Below are positions 58,158-64,000 of a stretch of DNA of 64,000 bases, piece after piece. Below the pieces are notes generated by a model. That model was given only the letters and a program-made list of their open reading frames with translations. It did not search any database and had not been told where the DNA came from. The stretch's first letter is position 1, and each line of letters begins with the position of its first letter. The stretch comes from Alphaproteobacteria bacterium RIFCSPHIGHO2_02_FULL_46_13 (GTDB lineage: Bacteria; Pseudomonadota; Alphaproteobacteria; Micavibrionales; Micavibrionaceae): positions 4,227 to 68,226 of the forward strand of contig MEMI01000027.1 of assembly GCA_001767915.1 (NCBI GenBank). Reading direction: 5' to 3'. The position numbers were made by a program, and so were the translations under genes.

Positions 58158-59072
58158 TTAGAAGCTTGGTTCAAGCGTAGGGGCGGTTGCCGCGACTGTT
58201 TTCTTATCCCAAGGGAGTGGTTCGCGTGCTTTGAACATGATCGATTTTGTCGCGGCCGGAGCGGCATCAGTTGCGGTAACGGCGCTTGTAAACGGCTCGG
58301 CTGGCTTCGCATCGGTTTTGATGCCGGATGGGGCAGCAGATTTAAACGTGGTCGCGCCGGAAACTTCAGCGGTAATGCGATCAACCATATCTAATTGATA
58401 AGGGAGTTTTGTATATTGGTTGTCCATGCGGGTCATGGCCAATTGGAAGTTGGCGTCCTCAGCACTTCTTTTGGTTTCATTGCCCTGTGCATCCACTTTG
58501 TAAGTGATGTTATATGCTTGGGATTTATCAATAAGGTCATCATTGACCATTGGCGGGGGGGTCGCGGACAGTCCGCCTTTATTCATCACGCAGGATGCGC
58601 CTGTGTCAAAATAAGCGACTTTGCCGGATTCATCCAGAATAGGTGTATAATTTTTTCCGTCACTTCCGGCGAATTTTATGCCAGCCGTATAGTCGGGTGG
58701 TACAATAATCTTATAGCTGGATTGCTCAACACTCAGGTAAGGATCGGGTGTCGGGTAGTAAATGCTGTTAATGGCCAGAGCAACTGCCTCATGAAGTTCA
58801 AGATTGGTAAGGCCGCCATTTTCTTGACGTTCAGCTTCTTGTTTCTCTTCCTCGGTTTCGTATTTATCGACAATTCTATGGGTGCGGATGCGTAAAACAT
58901 CTTTTGGTCTGATGTCTGGATTGATATCCAAGTCCTGTTCTTCTTGAACAGGGTCATTCGCCGCAAAGGCTTGGAGTGAGGAGCGTATGTAAGGCGCTGC
59001 ATCGACCGCAGTCAAAAGTGCTGACGGTGATGTCATTTGTCTTGATTGAGCTTTGATAGCTGCGAGACCCAT
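58158..59072 (-). CDS. hypothetical protein, tandem paralog 1
   Basis: 304-aa ORF, paralogous to 57162..58049. Confidence 0.65.
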   Translation of the reverse strand: MGLAAIKAQSRQMTSPSALLTAVDAAPYIRSSLQAFAANDPVQEEQDLDINPDIRPKDVLRIRTHRIVDKYETEEEKQEAERQENGGLTNLELHEAVALAINSIYYPTPDPYLSVEQSSYKIIVPPDYTAGIKFAGSDGKNYTPILDESGKVAYFDTGASCVMNKGGLSATPPPMVNDDLIDKSQAYNITYKVDAQGNETKRSAEDANFQLAMTRMDNQYTKLPYQLDMVDRITAEVSGATTFKSAAPSGIKTDAKPAEPFTSAVTATDAAPAATKSIMFKAREPLPWDKKTVAATAPTLEPSF

Positions 59073-59309
59073 TATTTCCTCTGTTACACACTTGTTTTTT
59101 ATCGTTAATTTTACAGATATGGCTTCATATTATCATAATTTATTGCCCGATCCTAGAAAATTATGCCTGTTTTCCCGCCATACAATAGAATTTTTATGGG
59201 TTTTTAGCGATTATTCGAGGGGCTAAGCCTTTTCATTTCACTTGAGGAATGGTACTTAAAGCAAGGGCGTATCAGCCCCCATCCGAATCACTTAACTGGA
59301 GATAGTTTT

Positions 59310-60515
59310 ATGAATATCCATGAATATCAGGCCAAAGAACTGCTGGCGAAATATGGCGTTGCCGTTCCTAAGGGAATTCCTGCAATGAGTGTTGCCGAGG
59401 CTGTGGCCGCGGTCGACCAACTTCCTGGTCCTCTTTATGTTGTTAAATCACAAATTCATGCTGGTGGGCGTGGCGCTGGGAAATTCACTAATAACCCAAC
59501 CGGTAAGGGCGGCGTTCGTCTTTGCAAAACCAAAGAAGAAGTTCAAGCTGCGGCAGAAGCCATGATGAACCAAACTCTGGTCACCATTCAAACTGGGCCA
59601 GAAGGCAAAGTTGTTCAACGTTTGTATGTGACTGACGGTGTGGACATTAAAAAAGAATATTACTGTTCTGTTGTTCTTGACCGCGATTCATCCCGCGTGA
59701 CCTTCATGGTATCCACCGAAGGCGGTATGGATATCGAAGAAGTCGCCGAAAAACACCCAGAGAAAATTTTCAAAGCGGCGATTGACCCAGCATCAGGAAT
59801 GTTCCCGTTCCATGCGCGCAAATTGGCGTATGGTCTTGGTTTAGAAGGCGATGCGGTTAAATCTGCAACCAAATTCTTTATGTCACTTTATAAAGCGTTT
59901 GTTGAACTTGATTGTTCAATTGTCGAGATTAACCCATTGATTGTTACAGATAAAAACGAAGTTGTGGCGCTCGATGCCAAAATGAATTTCGATGATAACG
60001 CCATGTTCCGTCAACCATCTGTCGTTGCGATGCGTGACGAATCCGAAGAAGACGAAAACGAACGCCAAGCGAAAGACTGGGAATTATCCTATGTTCGTAT
60101 GGACGGCAATATCGGCTGTATGGTCAATGGCGCTGGGTTGGCTATGGCAACCATGGACATCATTAAACATTACGGCATGGAGCCTGCAAACTTCCTTGAC
60201 GTGGGTGGTGGTGCAACGACTGAACGCGTGACCGCGGCCTTCAAAATCATTCTGTCCGACCCGAAAGTCAAAGGTGTTCTCGTCAACATCTTCGGCGGTA
60301 TCATGAAATGTGACATCATTGCAAACGGCGTTATCGCCGCCGCAAAAGAAGTTGCGTTGTCTGTTCCGCTCGTCGTGCGTCTCGAGGGTACAAACGTGCA
60401 ATTGGGTAAAGACATCCTGAATAATTCAGGCTTGCCAATTATCGCCGCCGACAACCTCGACGATGCCGCTCGCAAAATCGTGGAAGCAACTCAAAAAGCT
60501 CTGAAAGCTGCTTAA
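59310..60515 (+). CDS. sucC: succinyl-CoA synthetase beta subunit
   Basis: 401-aa ORF with [12 protein letters not shown] and an ATP-grasp domain plus ligase-CoA domain ([15 protein letters not shown]). Confidence 0.97.
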   Translation: MNIHEYQAKELLAKYGVAVPKGIPAMSVAEAVAAVDQLPGPLYVVKSQIHAGGRGAGKFTNNPTGKGGVRLCKTKEEVQAAAEAMMNQTLVTIQTGPEGKVVQRLYVTDGVDIKKEYYCSVVLDRDSSRVTFMVSTEGGMDIEEVAEKHPEKIFKAAIDPASGMFPFHARKLAYGLGLEGDAVKSATKFFMSLYKAFVELDCSIVEINPLIVTDKNEVVALDAKMNFDDNAMFRQPSVVAMRDESEEDENERQAKDWELSYVRMDGNIGCMVNGAGLAMATMDIIKHYGMEPANFLDVGGGATTERVTAAFKIILSDPKVKGVLVNIFGGIMKCDIIANGVIAAAKEVALSVPLVVRLEGTNVQLGKDILNNSGLPIIAADNLDDAARKIVEATQKALKAA

Positions 60516-60527
60516 TCCCTTTCTGTC

Positions 60528-60550
60528 ATCCCCCGACCAGTTCGGGGGAT
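60528..60550 (+). other. 9-bp GC-rich stem-loop after sucC (no U-tract)
   Basis: atcccccga-ccagt-tcgggggat, 13 nt after the sucC stop and directly before the RBS of the mini-ORF. Confidence 0.5.
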
Positions 60551-60564
60551 ATTGAGGTATAGAC

Positions 60565-60735
60565 GTGAGTGAAGAGAATGTAGATAAATCTGACCCTTTG
60601 TTTTTAGAGGGTTATAAGGCGTCTGAGAAAGGCGGTTCTGTTGGCGATTGTCCATATAGACCGCTGGACGGCGCTGATGCTGAAAAGTGGATTTTAGGCT
60701 TTTTAGAAGCCGAAGAAAAACCTCGGCGTAAATAA
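60565..60735 (+). CDS. Rmf/CrpP-like small protein
   Basis: 56-aa ORF absent from the track, with a GTG start and GAGG 7 nt upstream: VSEENVDKSDPLFLEGYKASEKGGSVGDCPYRPLDGADAEKWILGFLEAEEKPRRK. It matches the GY.A...G.....CPY.........W..G[WF].EA pattern of ribosome modulation factor-like proteins. Confidence 0.6.
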   Translation: MSEENVDKSDPLFLEGYKASEKGGSVGDCPYRPLDGADAEKWILGFLEAEEKPRRK

Positions 60736-60772
60736 AGAATTAGTTACGTATAAATTTTGAAAGGACTAAATA

Positions 60773-61648
60773 ATGTCAGTACTTGTAAATAAAAATACCA
60801 AAGTGATCTGCCAAGGTTTTACCGGCGCGCAGGGGACTTTCCACTCTGAGCAAGCGATTGCTTATGGAACAAAAATGGTTGGTGGTGTGACTCCTGGTAA
60901 GGGCGGCACAAAACATTTGAACCTTCCCGTGTTTGACACTGTGAAGCAAGCGGTTCAAGAAACTGGTGCTGATGCATCTGTGATTTATGTTCCGCCAGCT
61001 TTTGCAGCGGACGCAATTCTTGAAGCAATTGATGCGGAAATTGCGTTAGCCGTTTGTATTACCGAAGGAATTCCTGTTTTGGATATGGTCAAAGTGAAGC
61101 GTGCTTTGTCCGGTTCTAAAACACGCCTCATCGGCCCAAACTGCCCAGGTGTGATTACACCAGGTGAATGCAAAATCGGGATTATGCCTGGTCACATTCA
61201 CAAACGCGGTAAAGTCGGGATTGTCTCCCGCTCTGGGACTTTGACTTATGAAGCTGTTCACCAAACAACGGCGGCTGGTCTTGGTCAGTCAACCTGTATC
61301 GGTATCGGTGGCGACCCTGTGAACGGTACAAACTTTATTGATGCACTTGATATGTTCCTGAATGACGATGAAACCGAAGCCATCATCATGATCGGTGAGA
61401 TCGGTGGATCTGCAGAGGTTGACGGTGTTAACTTCTACAAAAACCACGCGAAGAAAAAACCGATTGCCGGTTTCATTGCGGGTGCGACTGCGCCTAAAGG
61501 AAAACGCATGGGGCATGCCGGTGCGATTATCTCCGGCGGTAACGACACAGCCGAGGTGAAAATCGCCGCAATGAAAGCCGCAGGCTTTATCGTTGCTGAA
61601 ACACCTGCTCACTTGGGTGAAGCAATGCTTCGGGCGATTGCTGCTTAA
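60773..61648 (+). CDS. sucD: succinyl-CoA synthetase alpha subunit
   Basis: 291-aa ORF with [19 protein letters not shown] and the phosphohistidine loop GHAGAI. Confidence 0.97.
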   Translation: MSVLVNKNTKVICQGFTGAQGTFHSEQAIAYGTKMVGGVTPGKGGTKHLNLPVFDTVKQAVQETGADASVIYVPPAFAADAILEAIDAEIALAVCITEGIPVLDMVKVKRALSGSKTRLIGPNCPGVITPGECKIGIMPGHIHKRGKVGIVSRSGTLTYEAVHQTTAAGLGQSTCIGIGGDPVNGTNFIDALDMFLNDDETEAIIMIGEIGGSAEVDGVNFYKNHAKKKPIAGFIAGATAPKGKRMGHAGAIISGGNDTAEVKIAAMKAAGFIVAETPAHLGEAMLRAIAA

Positions 61649-61665
61649 TCATTGAAAATATTCAG

Positions 61666-61695
61666 AAAAACGGGGGCGTATGCCCCCGTTTTTTT
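61666..61695 (+). terminator. rho-independent terminator of sucCD
   Basis: aaaaacgggggc-gtat-gcccccgttttttt. Confidence 0.85.
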
Positions 61696-61750
61696 ATGCA
61701 TTAAACATTTTTTATGGAGATCGGGTTTATACTATTCCCGTGGAGTGAAA

Positions 61751-62599
61751 ATGGTTCAAAAGTCTTTATTAGAAGCAATCGAGTATTTTCAAGGCGTAAA
61801 TTCCGCAGCAGGCAAGGTGGATGTTTACGCGTTGGGGGATGAAGCCACCGCCAACATGGCGGGGGATATAGATGAACGATTTACTGTTTTACAACTGGCA
61901 CTTATCGGACATTTGTTAGAAACGGTTCGAACGGCAAACGATAATATCTCGCTCGGTTTGGAAATTAATCGCTTGATGTGGTTTCACGGAATGGGGATGT
62001 GTCCCGATAAAGAATTCTGGCGGGAAAAATACAAAGTGCATGGAGCCTCCATGCGTTTCGGGTTTGATTGCGCAACGGCGGGTATTAATCTGGCCATAGA
62101 GCGTATTAACATGGAAGTTGAAGATTTGAATACGGGTGCGACGCCCGCAAAGGCTGAATGGGTCAGCGCCATAGAAGAAACTATCCAAAAATTTAATACT
62201 GAACGTACCCGTTTGGGGCAATTGACAACGGCTTATGCTGAGATCAATGGAAAAATTGAGCGTCGTGAGCCACATTATCCAGAAAGTCAAAGGCCTAATG
62301 TGACGGGGATCGATTTAAAGCAAGCATTCTTGGCTATTCATCACGAGATGGGAGCAAAGAGTGCGGAAGATGCCGCCAAGGCAAATCTTGCCGTTGCGCA
62401 AACACTTCTTACGCGCAGGAGTTTTATCGAACAGCGCGCCATCCCGAACCATTTCCCTGAGGATGCTGCGCAGCTTCTTAAAAATGTCTCCAAAATGCGA
62501 GATAACATAACAGCGTCATTGGAGCGTGCCGCTGTCTGGCTGGATGTTCAGGCAATTAACGAGGGATATAATTTTCCGAATAGTTCAAATCCGTCATAG
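61751..62599 (+). CDS. hypothetical protein
   Basis: ORF 61652..62599. The upstream part contains the sucD terminator, so I place the start at ATG 61751 (GGAG 5 nt upstream). 282 aa, helical, no domain recognised. Confidence 0.62.
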   Translation: MVQKSLLEAIEYFQGVNSAAGKVDVYALGDEATANMAGDIDERFTVLQLALIGHLLETVRTANDNISLGLEINRLMWFHGMGMCPDKEFWREKYKVHGASMRFGFDCATAGINLAIERINMEVEDLNTGATPAKAEWVSAIEETIQKFNTERTRLGQLTTAYAEINGKIERREPHYPESQRPNVTGIDLKQAFLAIHHEMGAKSAEDAAKANLAVAQTLLTRRSFIEQRAIPNHFPEDAAQLLKNVSKMRDNITASLERAAVWLDVQAINEGYNFPNSSNPS

Positions 62600-62746
62600 T
62601 TATTCTTTCTTATCCAAGTGGGTGCTTGTGGGAGTTGTTCGGAAAATAATTGCGGGATAACCATTATTCTTCCTGATCTCATCCCCGCAAATTGCCAAAA
62701 TATGGGCGTGCGGGGATGTTTTATGCTCAGAAAAGTTTGTATGAAT

Positions 62747-63625
62747 TTAAGGTGTATACCCTCGGAATACTCGAGGTGCTGCAAACTCATCCACTGTCGG
62801 CTGTTGAATTTGATCGCGTCTTCTTTGCGCTCCTGATTCCATTTGCTCTAACAGGCTTGGGCCTTCTTGTTGAGTTTGTTCACGTCTTCTTGTTGCCCCT
62901 GATTCCATTTGCTCTAACAGACTTGGGCCTTCCTGTTGTTGACGTAGAGCGCTCATTCTTACCATGTTTGCTTTCAGTTCATTCTCTGAAATGGCTCCAT
63001 GTCGTGTTCCATCTGCTTCCACATAAGTCCCAGATCCGCCAGCTCTTGGGATGGTTAGGGAAGCGCCATCATCAAATCTATAGACCATTGTTGTTGGATC
63101 GCTTTTGCTATATGAAACACTCGTAATCGGCATTTCCATTTCTGGACTTTTTATTCCTTGCGCATCTGTTACCTGTAATGAAAATCTTGAGACGCCATCG
63201 TCGGTGGTTCTCATGCGTATACTCGCGCTGACACCATTTTGTGTGTTTGTGATTTCAAAATTATCATTGATTCTAGGGTCTTGGGAGGCTTGATATCCCG
63301 ACCCAGTCGCGACCCTATGTGTATCAGTAAGGTCGATATCACTTTTGATTCCTGGGCTTTTAACTTCTTTTAGTTCAACTGTCTGGCCGTTTGCATCTGT
63401 ATATTTCAGAGGCACTTGCTTTACAAAGCTGGTTGTTTGGGTGATTGAACTGCCATCTTCTGCAAAATAACTATTGGGGCCGCTACGCTGGGTGGCTGTT
63501 GCTCCAAGTGGCATAGGTTTGCCGCCATTTACTCTCATTTGAACAGGGGTTACCTGATCTTTATCGAATTCAATTTCGATATCTTTATCGCCCGCTTTAT
63601 AATTTCTCTTTAATGGTTTCGTCAT
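62747..63625 (-). CDS. hypothetical protein with C-terminal 22-aa tandem repeat
   Basis: 292-aa ORF. The C-terminus repeats QQEGPSLLEQMESGA.RRR.Q.QQ. Confidence 0.62.
   Translation of the reverse strand: MTKPLKRNYKAGDKDIEIEFDKDQVTPVQMRVNGGKPMPLGATATQRSGPNSYFAEDGSSITQTTSFVKQVPLKYTDANGQTVELKEVKSPGIKSDIDLTDTHRVATGSGYQASQDPRINDNFEITNTQNGVSASIRMRTTDDGVSRFSLQVTDAQGIKSPEMEMPITSVSYSKSDPTTMVYRFDDGASLTIPRAGGSGTYVEADGTRHGAISENELKANMVRMSALRQQQEGPSLLEQMESGATRRREQTQQEGPSLLEQMESGAQRRRDQIQQPTVDEFAAPRVFRGYTP
62832..62940. repeat. 66-bp tandem repeat (about 1.6 copies) inside CDS 62747..63625
   Basis: cctgattccatttgctctaacag[g/a]cttgggccttc[t/c]tgttg recurs with a 66-bp period (62832 and 62898). Confidence 0.85.
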
Positions 63626-63885
63626 AATGATCCGCCCTCTAAAATAATTGCCTTATAAAATTCTAAAAAGACTTTTTGTCGTAATTGTAACAATGCTATA
63701 ATATTATGGAATAATTAAGTTATGGTAAAAATATAAATAATATTTACGGTTGTGCTTTTTGTTTAATTTTTTTGAGGTTTGTTCGGTAAAAGCCTGGGAT
63801 GAAGTTATTTTTATCGCTTGTCTGTTTTCATAAAATCAAATATATCTTTTTATAATGAGGTTAAGAGTTCAGGCAAAGCCATATT

Positions 63886-64000
63886 ATGATTATATTTCAA
63901 GAATATCGTATCCAACAATTAAAGTCTCAATTTTCTAAAGCGAGCAAAGGTTTGCCGTATGAGGATATGGGGGAAGAGGGGTTATTGAATCAGATATCTC
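63886..64000 (+). CDS. possible 5' end of a CDS running off the window
   Basis: The open frame from ATG 63886 (MIIFQEYRIQQLKSQFSKASKGLPYEDMGEEG...) continues to the window end. No further support. Confidence 0.25.
   Translation, partial: MIIFQEYRIQQLKSQFSKASKGLPYEDMGEEGLLNQIS

Noticed and set aside
61652-61750. The N-terminal extension of ORF 61652..62599.
   Set aside because: It contains the strong sucD rho-independent terminator (61666-61695). The internal ATG at 61751 has a GGAG RBS.

Overview
This 64-kb chromosomal window looks alphaproteobacterial. It encodes a PopZ/DUF2497-like protein, GapR/DUF2312, a COQ9-like protein and a Rickettsia-type 17-kDa surface antigen. GC looks about 45-50% in core genes and lower in accessory parts, judged by eye only. 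The backbone is mostly housekeeping: maeB, lipB, serS, surE, an MsbA-like ABC exporter, pcm, valS, argF, pdxH, fabI, aroC, sppA, flhF/flhG and sucC/sucD, plus tRNA-Leu, tRNA-Asn, tRNA-Cys and initiator tRNA-Met.

The main accessory feature is a ~10.3-kb integrative island in the 3' half of the initiator tRNA-Met gene. It is bounded by perfect 50-bp direct repeats (24137-24186 and 34488-34537). It carries a tyrosine integrase, an AlpA-like excisionase/regulator, a PrimPol-helicase fusion and an iteron-like repeat cluster (candidate ori). It also has a structured leader with an intrinsic terminator ahead of a lipoprotein gene.

The top candidate for an undescribed system sits next to attL. It is a four-gene cargo module: a 2-TM protein, an ImmA/IrrE Zn-peptidase, a beta/sce7725-like protein, and a convergent PD-(D/E)xK sce7726-like protein. 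I read it as a possible anti-phage or abortive-infection system, reminiscent of satellite P4 gop-beta-cII but with no HTH component.

Right after attR lies a decayed type I restriction R-subunit fragment. It is followed by an AT-richer block with an OmpR/HK two-component system and a photo-oxidative-stress-type cluster (COG2907 oxidoreductase, DUF1365, CFA-synthase-like, DUF3833, SDR, esterase, FeS-type cryptochrome/(6-4) photolyase, DUF2256, TIGR03643).

Other points worth a second look:
- three dispersed paralogs of an uncharacterized pilin-like family
- tandem paralogs and a tail-fibre-like surface protein (probable AUU start) flanking flhF-flhG
- an Rmf/CrpP-like mini-ORF wedged between sucC and sucD
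- two tandem direct repeats in the fabI divergent promoter region

All family assignments come from motif recognition by eye and memory. No searches were run.
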